From contig JAAVAC010000021.1 of the NCBI GenBank assembly GCA_014804265.1, forward strand, positions 700-64,699: a stretch of 64,000 nucleotides of DNA. The letters are read 5' to 3'. Position 1 is the stretch's first letter; each line of letters starts with the position of its first letter. The notes below the pieces were generated by a model. It was not told the DNA's origin and searched no databases. It saw nothing but the letters and a program-made list of their open reading frames with translations. This document shows, in pieces, positions 1 to 9,140 of the stretch. The DNA is from Lachnospiraceae bacterium (GTDB lineage: Bacteria; Bacillota; Clostridia; Lachnospirales; Lachnospiraceae). The position numbers and the translations under genes were made by a program.

Positions 1-370
1 TTCTTTCTTTTTTAATAAAAGAAGCATAACAAGAAATAATAAAGATTTCATGAAGATTTATAGTTTTAGAAATATCCCGTGCTTCTCGCCAGACTTTCAC
101 ATATTTTCGTATTCCAATATATGGCACCTGCACAAGTAGCAACAGGAGCAGGATATTTACTGGCAATATCACTTTTATCAATTTTCCAAAGTAATTAATA
201 AATGCGACGCTTGCCAACGTTACCACATCAGCAATCATATTGCAACATTTTTTCTTATATAGTTCTGTAACCTTTACTCCCGCAAACACCCTCAATATTC
301 CGATACCTGCCATACATCCTCCAACAATCAATATCATAATCAGCCAGTACACGATTCCTCCAATGACCAT
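1..370 (-). CDS. hypothetical small membrane protein, partial (runs off the window start)
   Basis: Own minus-strand translation: ATG at 370-368 gives MVIGGIVYWLIMILIVGGCMAGIGIL... and stays open to base 1. It is absent from the supplied track because no stop lies in the window. Hydrophobic N-terminus; no family recognised. Confidence 0.3.
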   Translation of the reverse strand, partial: MVIGGIVYWLIMILIVGGCMAGIGILRVFAGVKVTELYKKKCCNMIADVVTLASVAFINYFGKLIKVILPVNILLLLLLVQVPYIGIRKYVKVWREARDISKTINLHEIFIISCYASFIKKER

Positions 371-773
371 ATTAGGGATTCCGCTACTGATCTGTGCAAC
401 AAACTTTCCGGCAGGAATAATTTATTCTCTTATTGTCTGTATGAAGGATGACATAGTAGCAAAGAACACTCCACAATCGAAAATGAACACTTCCAACTGT
501 ACCGCCTGAAAGAGAGTTGTAGTCATCTCTCCACAAATTCCGATTGTTTTTCTTCTGTCAGGCTCCCAAACATACCTTTATAGCCTTTCTCCAATATCGG
601 AGTACCTTTTGCCACTTCTCACTCTACTTATTTTGGGCAAAACCCAATTTACCAACAATTCACTTCATGAAACATGTTCACAGCATAAAATCCTAAACTG
701 TTCTCAATCATCCCAAAACCAAACAGCATTTCGATGTCCAGTATAAGCCGGCATATCTCAATGCCCCACTATC

Positions 774-1403
774 CTAATCTCCATCCACTTCCTCCACCAC
801 AAGTAACAACACCCCTTCTTTCACACAAACTTCACTTTCCACTCCCAAAAACTCATTGCTGACTCCTACCGGATAATCCATCCCAAGCACAGCATCCGTA
901 AGAGGATATTTCAGATTCTTCAAAGTAACTCCCTTTGCCTCTCCGTCAAAAGCAAACACGGAAAGATACCCTTTTTTCTCTTCTCCAAATGTAATACTTC
1001 CATTTCTCACTGCCGTAATCATCACGTTTTTATGAAACAAAAACCCCTTTGCCCCTCTTTTCAAAAGCCACACAAGGCATTGGAAATTGGCAATGGTATG
1101 GGAAATCCTTCCACCCAGACCTCCATAAATATGAAAGGTCCTGTAGCCAAGCTCCATTCCCTGCCGCAAGGCCGCCAGCATATCTGTGTCATCCTTTTCC
1201 GGTGCAAGCCGTATCAAGTTGGAGTGCAGGGGACTTTGCTTTACAGAATCAAAATCCCCCAGCACCAGGTTTGGCGTCAGCTTCATATTCTTTAAATATT
1301 CAAAACCCCCGTCCACTCCGATTATATAATCGGTTTCCTTCGGCTTTAACTTGGGATAGTCAAATTCTCCTGCCCCTATAATATAACAAATGCCCTCTTC
1401 CAT
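774..1403 (-). CDS. thiamine diphosphokinase (thiamine pyrophosphokinase)
   Basis: ORF 774..1496 has YIIGAGEF, LVLGDFDS and EKDDTD motifs typical of TPK. Start moved to the internal ATG (MEEGICYIIGAG), which is preceded by an AAAGGA RBS. Confidence 0.8.
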   Translation of the reverse strand: MEEGICYIIGAGEFDYPKLKPKETDYIIGVDGGFEYLKNMKLTPNLVLGDFDSVKQSPLHSNLIRLAPEKDDTDMLAALRQGMELGYRTFHIYGGLGGRISHTIANFQCLVWLLKRGAKGFLFHKNVMITAVRNGSITFGEEKKGYLSVFAFDGEAKGVTLKNLKYPLTDAVLGMDYPVGVSNEFLGVESEVCVKEGVLLLVVEEVDGD

Positions 1404-1508
1404 TTTCTTATCCTTTCCCCAGCAGATATTCTTCCCATGCCCGATGATTTTTCCATATCCGGAGAAATCCGGTTCTGTTTCCCCTCTGCAATTCACGTTC
1501 CATAACCA

Positions 1509-3185
1509 TTACCTTGAAATTTCTTCCAAAACAACCGCCTGACAAGGCTGCAAAACAAGCCTTCCGCCAAAAGCCTCGGCTCCATCCATATTGGAAAGAA
1601 GCACCTTGTAGTTATCACTTGCTAACTCTAACTCCATGGCATCCTTACCAAAGTTAGCCGCTGCCAATACCCTTTTTTCATTCAGGCTCCGGTAATAAGC
1701 ATATATCTTCTCCTTATTCCCATAAGCCGGTTCAAAGTTGCCATAGGTAAACAACTCCTTATATTCCTCTGACTTTCTAAGGGCAATCAGCCTTTTATAG
1801 TAATTCAGCACAGATTCCTGATCCGCAAGCTCATCCTCCACATTCACCTGTCTGTAATTGGGATTTATCTTCAGCCATGGTTTCCCTGTGGTAAAGCCTG
1901 CCTGCTCTTTGCTGCTCCATTGCATAGGCGTCCTTGCATTATCCCTGCTATGCTTGTAACATACTTCCAGCGCTTCCTCTTTGGAACATCCTGCTTCTAA
2001 AGCAGTCTTATATTGATTTTTCGTATCAATATCATCATATTCCTCAATGCTTTCCATCCTGCAGTTCTGCATTCCGATTTCCTGTCCCTGATAGATAAAA
2101 GGAATTCCCCTTAACAGTATATTGACAGTAGCCAGCATTTTAAACCCATCTGTATTTTGAGCATAAGAAGGCAGATACGTATTGATCCCCCTCGGTTCAT
2201 CATGATTTTCAATAATGTTCGCTAAAAACCCGATTCCCTCACATCTTTTTTGAGACTCAAAAGTAATCTCCCTCCAAGCATCAAACTCTACTTCCTTAGC
2301 ATCATACCAGCCATGCTCTCCAAAGGTCAGCATATGGGCCGAGAAATCAAACATGGTGGAAAAATGGCCGTTTTCTCCTACAAATTCCTCCAGCTCCTCT
2401 TCTTTCATATTAAATACTTCCGCTACGGTAAAAGCCTGATATTTTTCAAAGGTAGCTTCCTTTAATTCCTCTAACAGCTCCCCTACTCCATCCACTTCTT
2501 CCACCATTTTAGTAGCCCTCACCAGCCCATCCGGACCGTCCGGCTCATAGGAAGGAAAATCCAGATCCTTCTTTATATTGATGATGGCATCAATCCGGAA
2601 GCCTGCCAGTCCTTTCTCCAGCCACCAGTTGACCATTTGAAACAATTCTTTTTTCATCTTTGGATTGTTCCAGTTCAAGTCCGGCTGTTCCTTGGCGAAA
2701 AAGTGCAGATAATAGAGCTCCGTTCCCTCTACCTTCTCCCATGCGCTTCCTCCAAAGTAAGAGCGGTAATTGCTGGGGGGATTTCCGTCCTTTCCTTTCC
2801 GGAAATAGAAATAATCCCCATACTCTCCTTCCGGGTCTGCCAATGCCTTTTGAAACCATTCATGCTGATCGGAGCAATGATTGATTACCAGGTCCATAAC
2901 AATCCCCATATCCCGTTTCTTTGCTTCCAAAAGCAGCTCATCAAACTCCTCCATGGTGCCGAATTTTGGATCGATTTTATAATAATCCGAAATGTCATAG
3001 CCCTGATCCACAAAGGGAGATTGATAAATAGGAGAAATCCAGATAATATCAATTCCCAAGTCCTTTAAATAATCCAGCTTTTCCATGATTCCCCGAATGT
3101 CTCCAATTCCGTCTCCATTTGTGTCATAAAAGCTCTTTGGATAAATTTGATACGCTACCTTTCCGTGCCACCATTTTTTTGTCAT
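1509..3185 (-). CDS. GH13 alpha-glucosidase / oligo-1,6-glucosidase family hydrolase
   Basis: 558 aa. The N-terminus WWHGKVAYQIYPKSFYDTNGDGIGDIRGI and the DLVINHCS and GFRIDAI blocks are characteristic of GH13 subfamily glucosidases. Confidence 0.9.
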   Translation of the reverse strand: MTKKWWHGKVAYQIYPKSFYDTNGDGIGDIRGIMEKLDYLKDLGIDIIWISPIYQSPFVDQGYDISDYYKIDPKFGTMEEFDELLLEAKKRDMGIVMDLVINHCSDQHEWFQKALADPEGEYGDYFYFRKGKDGNPPSNYRSYFGGSAWEKVEGTELYYLHFFAKEQPDLNWNNPKMKKELFQMVNWWLEKGLAGFRIDAIINIKKDLDFPSYEPDGPDGLVRATKMVEEVDGVGELLEELKEATFEKYQAFTVAEVFNMKEEELEEFVGENGHFSTMFDFSAHMLTFGEHGWYDAKEVEFDAWREITFESQKRCEGIGFLANIIENHDEPRGINTYLPSYAQNTDGFKMLATVNILLRGIPFIYQGQEIGMQNCRMESIEEYDDIDTKNQYKTALEAGCSKEEALEVCYKHSRDNARTPMQWSSKEQAGFTTGKPWLKINPNYRQVNVEDELADQESVLNYYKRLIALRKSEEYKELFTYGNFEPAYGNKEKIYAYYRSLNEKRVLAAANFGKDAMELELASDNYKVLLSNMDGAEAFGGRLVLQPCQAVVLEEISR

Positions 3186-4390
3186 AAGAAACTCCTTTCC
3201 ACTTTTCTGTTCAGACCTTCCACCGCACCTATCATCACCAACAGGATCAGTCCCAAATAAAAGGGAAACAGCTTATAGCTCACATGCTTTGCCAGAAATC
3301 CCAACAGGGGCGGCATAAAAGTGGTGCCCACATAGGCACATGCCATTTGAATCCCCATGATTCCCTGAGAATACTTACTTCCGAAATTGTCCGGTGTGGC
3401 ATGGAGCATGGAGGGATAAATAGGCGCACAGCCCAGCCCTATGAAAAAAAGCCCCAAAAGCTGTACCGTAAGTCCAAAGGGAAGCAATAAGAATACTACC
3501 CCCATGCCGGCAACTCCCTGCCCCAGACGCACCATCTGTCTGTTGGAAAGCTTTATGGTTAAAAATCCGGACAAGAATCTTCCAAAGGTAATTCCAAAAT
3601 AAAACAAAGCAATCCACTTTGCCGCCTGCTCAGGGAAAACTCCTTTTTCCATGACCAGATAGCTGCTGCCCCACAGCCCTGCGGAGGCTTCCAGGGCACA
3701 ATAACAGAAAAATCCCACTAATGCCTGCTTCGCTCCCTTTAACTTCAACATTCCCAAAATGCCCGGATTTACCTTTTCTTCCGTTTGATTTTTTCCCGTT
3801 TCACTCTCTTTTTCCTGTTCTTTTTTCTCTTCTGTTCCTTCCACTTTTTTCCACAGGGAAATGGAACAGAACAAACATACCACCAGGCAAAATTGAATCA
3901 GGCTGATCACTCCGTAACCAGACTGCCAGTTTCCCCCATCCCTAAGACAGAAGGAAATTATCACGGGACCTGTAGTTGCGCCGACTCCCCAAAAGCAATG
4001 GAGCCAGCTCATATGCCTTGCTTTATAATGAAGGGCCACAAAGTTATTTAATGCTGTATCCACGCTACCACCACCTAATCCTAAAGGAATTGCCAAAAAA
4101 CACAGCATCCAATATTCCTTACTTACGGAAAATCCCAAAAGGGCAACTGCCGTCATAAGCACACTGATTCCGGTAGTCCATCCCGTTCCCAGCTTTTTTA
4201 TGATCTTACTGCTAAACAGGCTGGAAACAATCGTCCCCCCTGAAATAATCATGGAAATAATTCCTCCATAGGAAATGGGAACATTCATTTCCTGATAAAT
4301 AGAAGGCCATGCCGAGCCCAAAAGGGAGTCCGGCAGCCCCAGACTGATAAATGCCAGATAAATAATAATAAGTAAAACCGTTAAAAACAT
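3182..4390 (-). CDS. MFS transporter
   Basis: 402 aa, about 12 hydrophobic segments split by a charged central loop (EEKKEQEKESETGK). Overlaps the glucosidase start by 4 nt. Confidence 0.8.
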   Translation of the reverse strand: MFLTVLLIIIYLAFISLGLPDSLLGSAWPSIYQEMNVPISYGGIISMIISGGTIVSSLFSSKIIKKLGTGWTTGISVLMTAVALLGFSVSKEYWMLCFLAIPLGLGGGSVDTALNNFVALHYKARHMSWLHCFWGVGATTGPVIISFCLRDGGNWQSGYGVISLIQFCLVVCLFCSISLWKKVEGTEEKKEQEKESETGKNQTEEKVNPGILGMLKLKGAKQALVGFFCYCALEASAGLWGSSYLVMEKGVFPEQAAKWIALFYFGITFGRFLSGFLTIKLSNRQMVRLGQGVAGMGVVFLLLPFGLTVQLLGLFFIGLGCAPIYPSMLHATPDNFGSKYSQGIMGIQMACAYVGTTFMPPLLGFLAKHVSYKLFPFYLGLILLVMIGAVEGLNRKVERSFL

Positions 4391-5415
4391 CTTTCTTCCC
4401 CTTCTTTCCTGATTTGTTTTTCCAACTCGTCCAAAGCAAGCTTTATCATTCCCTGCTCAAAGTCCTTTTCCAGATCATCCGAGAAAACCAGCTTTGCCTC
4501 ATACTGTCCTTGTAATGAATTTTCCACTGCTTCCTTCAGCCCTCTTTTGATTTCCTCCGTCCAGAAATCCCCATATAGTACAAAAAAATCCGGCGCCAGC
4601 ACACAAATGCAGATTACAAGGAGCTGTCCCATAGACTTTATTACCTGATATACGTTAGCATAATCTAACTCCTTCCAGGAGTAAGCAACGGGTATCCGGG
4701 AAAGCTCTCCCGCAAAGTTATGGACTCCTCTATAGATTTCTCCGTTAATGATGATTCCTGCTCCGGGGTCATAAATCCTCGGAAAATAGATACCCACCAT
4801 ATGGTCCGCCTCTCTGGAAATCCCATAGGAATAATATCCGATTACCGCCGCATTGATATCATTTTCAAAAATTACGGGCACTCCATATGTGTTTCGGTAA
4901 TGCTCCATGAATTCCCTTCCTACTATATCCGGATAATCATTGATGGTAATCATGCCGTCCACTTCTTCTCCCGGCAGTCCGAAAGCAATCAGCCCTGCTT
5001 TTTTCCCATATTTCTCAAATATCTCAGAAAACCAGGAATCAAAGCTGTTCACTTCCACTTTGGCAAAATACTTCTCTTTCCGCTCCACACACTGTCCCAG
5101 CAGATTGATGACCAAAAGCTGGATCAGGTTCTGGTCTTTCTTCTGATGTCCGTATATGATTACTGCGTACCGGTAGTCCTCATTAAAGATATATTGCAGC
5201 GAGGGACGACCTCCATTGGAGGGAATGTTCTCGCCTTTTTTGATTTCTCCGTTTTTTACCAGCTCTTCAAGCAGGGAATTTACTGTGACCACGCTGAGTT
5301 CTGTTTTGGCTGCAAGCTCTGGCTTGGTGGCCTTTCCCATAAGCTTTAGTTGTTTTCTTACGTTGTTTTTGTTGATTTCTTTCATTAGCAGGGTGTCTGC
5401 TTTCCTGTTTTTCAC
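4381..5415 (-). CDS. ROK family transcriptional regulator
   Basis: 344 aa. N-terminal winged-helix segment (ELAAKTELSVVTVNSLLEELVKNGEI) followed by a ROK sugar-kinase-like body. First gene of the MFS/GH13 operon. Confidence 0.8.
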   Translation of the reverse strand: MKNRKADTLLMKEINKNNVRKQLKLMGKATKPELAAKTELSVVTVNSLLEELVKNGEIKKGENIPSNGGRPSLQYIFNEDYRYAVIIYGHQKKDQNLIQLLVINLLGQCVERKEKYFAKVEVNSFDSWFSEIFEKYGKKAGLIAFGLPGEEVDGMITINDYPDIVGREFMEHYRNTYGVPVIFENDINAAVIGYYSYGISREADHMVGIYFPRIYDPGAGIIINGEIYRGVHNFAGELSRIPVAYSWKELDYANVYQVIKSMGQLLVICICVLAPDFFVLYGDFWTEEIKRGLKEAVENSLQGQYEAKLVFSDDLEKDFEQGMIKLALDELEKQIRKEGEERCF

Positions 5416-5677
5416 CCTTTGGCCTCCTTTCCTGTTTCCAGGCGCTTTCTGCTATTTTGTGCTTGTTTTTGTTGTTTGTTTTTCGCTTTCTGATTTTTTG
5501 TTTTTTCTTTTTCCTGTTGCTTTGTATTTATTTTAGCTTATCTTTTTCTCTTTGTAAAGATACTTTTTAAAGCTTCTTTTTAAAGCGGGTATGGGGCTGC
5601 ATTTTTTGTTCTATTCTAGGGTCTATAAGTGGTTTTGGATCCTGCTGCTTCTCCTATACTGTTTTATCTTTGCTTCC

Positions 5678-6310
5678 TTACTTTATACTATGATCCGATT
5701 CGTCAGCAAATAAGACCTTTAACGCATCTAACCATTTTTCAATATTTTGTTTTACAGTAATATCTCTTACTTTATCAATATTTAAATATTCTTCTTCAAA
5801 AGCACTACCTGCAATAGGAAAACATGAATAATCCCAGGCACCATCACCTGAATATATCATTCCATCCGTTATAACAGCTATAGCAATGGCTAAATAACCA
5901 TAATACAAACTTACTATGGCTGGTTGCCCCATTGTTCTTTTCACACTCCAAGAATATCCTATTTCTAGATTAGCCTCTATCTTTTCTTTCATAAATTGAA
6001 CATTCTTATTTACCTGCGCCTCTTCATTCCAAAACTCTTTATCCAGCTCTGTTAACTCATGATAGAATACATATACTTCACCTTCCTCATTCAAATTGAA
6101 CACTGTATAACAATTCTCCTTCGCCACCAAAGAAAGAGGATTCGCATGTACGCTATTATCAGCAGATACTTCTCTGGTAGTAATATCAATACCCTGCGAT
6201 ATCTTTTCCTTTTTCATAAATTCTTTAAATAGCTGAACAGAGTATTTAATTATCTCATCACATTCAGGCTTCTTTATCTTTGTTGGAAATACTTCAAAAC
6301 TCATACTCAT
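5678..6310 (-). CDS. hypothetical protein (no family recognised)
   Basis: Clean 210-aa ORF with an AGGAGA RBS. Its start overlaps the stop of a 32-codon upstream ORF (ATGA). Confidence 0.5.
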   Translation of the reverse strand: MSMSFEVFPTKIKKPECDEIIKYSVQLFKEFMKKEKISQGIDITTREVSADNSVHANPLSLVAKENCYTVFNLNEEGEVYVFYHELTELDKEFWNEEAQVNKNVQFMKEKIEANLEIGYSWSVKRTMGQPAIVSLYYGYLAIAIAVITDGMIYSGDGAWDYSCFPIAGSAFEEEYLNIDKVRDITVKQNIEKWLDALKVLFADESDHSIK

Positions 6311-6543
6311 TTTTCTTCATCTCCTACAGCTTCTGCTCTTTCTTTTGCTACCTTAGTTGTTGCTCCGGCTGATTTATCCCTACTGTTTTGTCTCACTTCT
6401 GCCATACAATCTCTAACCCGCCCTTCAGCTATAAAAATTAATTCATTATGTTCTCATAATCCTGTAATTCATGAAAAATATTTCCACAAAAACAGTATTT
6501 CCTACGATTCGATAGAGCATAAAATATCTATGGGATAAAAAGT

Positions 6544-6801
6544 TTATACGTCTGTATCTTGATACTTTCCATGTTCCCTGGATTTCTTCAGTTTTTCAAG
6601 CATCTCTTCTTCTGCCATCGGCGCATATGGATTAGCCTCTGCTGTCTGCCTTTTTATCTCAAAAGGAAATCCATTCGCCGCAACCGCCTGTATCAAAAAC
6701 ATTCTTATAGCAGTTGTTGTATCAGTTCCCAAATCTCTAAACAACGAATCTGATTTTTTCTTTAAATCATCCTCTACTCTTACTTGAATTGTACTAGCCA
6801 T
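6544..6801 (-). CDS. RelB/DinJ family antitoxin
   Basis: MASTIQVRVEDDLKKKSDSLFRDLGTDTTTAIRMFLIQAVAANGFPFEIK matches the DinJ ribbon-helix-helix pattern. Start set at the ATG preceded by GGAGGTG. Confidence 0.75.
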   Translation of the reverse strand: MASTIQVRVEDDLKKKSDSLFRDLGTDTTTAIRMFLIQAVAANGFPFEIKRQTAEANPYAPMAEEEMLEKLKKSREHGKYQDTDV

Positions 6802-6918
6802 GAATAGCACCTCCATTCCTCTTTTATTATAATGCCATCTCATTGCTAATTCAATACAATTGTACTGTTTTTGCACAATGAAAACTTATTCAATGCAAAG
6901 TATCTGACCGTCAGCTTA

Positions 6919-7107
6919 TCATCTACGCATCTCTACAACATAAGCGCTCAACCCACTTGAAAAGGCAAAATGATTTTCATTCAAAATCTCACATGATTGA
7001 ATCAAATCCCCCTTCTTGGCATTGTAACAGAATATTACTTCATTATTGCACGAATCAATTACAATTAAGTCCGAGTCATATACAACAACAAATTTGTCAT
7101 CCCACAT
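6919..7107 (-). CDS. hypothetical 62-aa ORF, possibly a gene fragment
   Basis: ORF track only. Beta-strand-like repeats. Directly preceded by a 55-codon ORF (7114..7281) of similar character. Confidence 0.25.
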   Translation of the reverse strand: MWDDKFVVVYDSDLIVIDSCNNEVIFCYNAKKGDLIQSCEILNENHFAFSSGLSAYVVEMRR

Positions 7108-7316
7108 AATTATTTAGGCTGGTTTCGTGACAAAACAGGTTGGATGGAATATGCCACAATCTAATATTAAATAAATCAATGGTGTATGCAAGATTTTCTC
7201 TATGGATTTATCTCTTTGGATTTTTAATAATAAATCATCCTTTATTGCAAAAAATATCTGCTTTTCAAATGAATATGTCATGCCTCGTTTCCATACTCCT
7301 TACTATTTCCACCTTC

Positions 7317-9140
7317 TCAATCTACAAAAGCCATCTCCAACAATTCCGAAGCCACTTTCCTATCCTTTACTCTTATCAGATTATCCCACGCATCTTCCTT
7401 TCCCAGCAGATTCATTCCTCCATGCCATACTAAAGAACCATCAATCACCGCAAAATGCTCCATATCCTCCTCTGCAGTCTTAACGTTAATCCCCACCTCC
7501 TTCATCTGCTCCATAAGCGTATACAAAAATGCTGCATTTCCATAAGCTGCACTTTCCGGATTTTTTGTCATCACCGTTACTTTGACACCTGCCTCCTGTC
7601 TGGGCTTTATAAGATAAAGAAAGCGTGCGATTTTTTCCCTTGTGATTCCCGGACTGGAAATCACAATTTCCTGTTCCGCCTCAACCAGGTCTTGCTCAAA
7701 GATATCCATATAATTTCCGGAATCGTAAATGGCATTCACGTCCTGTTTATTTTCAATCGAATCAGACATCATGCGGAATCCAATCTTTTTGTATGTCCGA
7801 AGCCGCTTCAAATACATATTGTCAAAAACGGGAACATGCGAATCAATATAATCATATACAATAACGTCCCTCTTTCCTTCATAGTCCCGATTCAATCTTC
7901 CTACATATTGCTCCAAACGTCCGGTAAATGAAACAGGTGATGCCAATATAAGCGTATCCAGTCTGGGATAATCAAATCCTTCCCCTATCTTCTGCCCTGT
8001 AGCAACAAGTATCAACGATTTATCACGAGGCACATCTTTCAGTTGTCTTCTTATGGTTTCATTTTCTTTATTGGAATTATCTCCATACAAAATAAAAGCA
8101 TAATCGGCAGTCCCCTGGACATTATCATAAATAAATTTCGCATGCTCCTTATATTTCGTGAGTACTACGGGTGTTCTGCCCTTTTTTATGCATTCCCTTA
8201 TATCATCCAGAATCTGCGCATTTCTCACATCGCTATTGCTCACAAGAACATACGCCTCATTGATATCATTTTTATTGGCAGCAGTACTGATCACCCGGGT
8301 ATATCGAGGGATCACTAAATGGTCTATACCTTGCTCCACTGTTCTTTCTAATGCTGTATATTGGTGCCGCACCGGTCCTAACAGCATATAATTGATTTTT
8401 TCAAGCTGATCGCTTCTCATAGGTGTGGCAGAGACTCCATAAACATACTTTGCATTTACCTTTTTCAAGATTTCCTGCGCTGTAGCGGAAGCTGCATGAT
8501 GACATTCATCCATAATAACCATTCCATAGGAATTCAGTCTCTCATGAAAAGCGCCTTTTTTGTATAAGGAGCCAATCATAGCAATATCAACAATGCCTGT
8601 CATCGTATCTTTTCCACCTTTTAGTGTTCCAATAACGCTTGTACGTTTCTTTACCCGGCCCGTCTTTGTTTCATATGCTGGCGGTTCTTCATCCACTCTT
8701 AAGAAGCGGTTTAATTCATCCTCCCACTGTGATATGAGATCCGTACTCTCCAGCAAAATCAGAGTATTTACTTTTCTCTTTGCAATTAAATAACTGCATA
8801 CTACCGTCTTGCCGAAAGCAGTTGCCGCACTGAGAATTCCACAATCAAACTTCAGCAGGCGCTGGGCTGCCAGGTCCTTCTGCATTTTTAATTCTCCCTG
8901 AAACAAGACACGAACCGGCCGGCCTTTTTCTCTTCGGTCTTCTATATCATAATCAATTTCCGACTTCTCGCATTTATGGATTACTGCTTCCAGCAATCCT
9001 CTTGGAATCTTAATATAGCCCTCTATATCCATCCCTAAATAAATCATACTGAAATTATAATAATTGGAATATCCCAGACGCTTGTTCTTATAAAAAACAG
9101 GATTATCAAACGTGGCCATACAGCGTATCTGATTTTGCAA
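7317..9140 (-). CDS. SF2 (DExH) helicase with C-terminal PLD-like domain; C-terminal part of a frameshifted AEP-helicase gene
   Basis: Helicase motifs are present: AATAFGKT (I), MDECHH (II), SATP (III), QYVGRLNR (VI). The C-terminal ~170 aa follow a PLD-fold pattern ending EHFAVIDGSLVWHGGMNLLG. The ORF opens with TTG inside the upstream ORF. Confidence 0.8.
   Translation of the reverse strand: MQNQIRCMATFDNPVFYKNKRLGYSNYYNFSMIYLGMDIEGYIKIPRGLLEAVIHKCEKSEIDYDIEDRREKGRPVRVLFQGELKMQKDLAAQRLLKFDCGILSAATAFGKTVVCSYLIAKRKVNTLILLESTDLISQWEDELNRFLRVDEEPPAYETKTGRVKKRTSVIGTLKGGKDTMTGIVDIAMIGSLYKKGAFHERLNSYGMVIMDECHHAASATAQEILKKVNAKYVYGVSATPMRSDQLEKINYMLLGPVRHQYTALERTVEQGIDHLVIPRYTRVISTAANKNDINEAYVLVSNSDVRNAQILDDIRECIKKGRTPVVLTKYKEHAKFIYDNVQGTADYAFILYGDNSNKENETIRRQLKDVPRDKSLILVATGQKIGEGFDYPRLDTLILASPVSFTGRLEQYVGRLNRDYEGKRDVIVYDYIDSHVPVFDNMYLKRLRTYKKIGFRMMSDSIENKQDVNAIYDSGNYMDIFEQDLVEAEQEIVISSPGITREKIARFLYLIKPRQEAGVKVTVMTKNPESAAYGNAAFLYTLMEQMKEVGINVKTAEEDMEHFAVIDGSLVWHGGMNLLGKEDAWDNLIRVKDRKVASELLEMAFVD

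Noticed and set aside
240-509. Track ORF 240..509 (+), 89 aa.
   Set aside because: It lies antisense to a better minus-strand reading frame that stays open to the window edge. It has no RBS and an odd composition.
371-773. A 35-codon ORF (MTTTLFQAVQLEVFIFDCGVFFATMSSFIQTIRE) lies just upstream of the partial membrane ORF and might be the frameshifted N-terminus of the same gene.
   Set aside because: No family could be recognised to anchor a frameshift model, so the junction is speculative.
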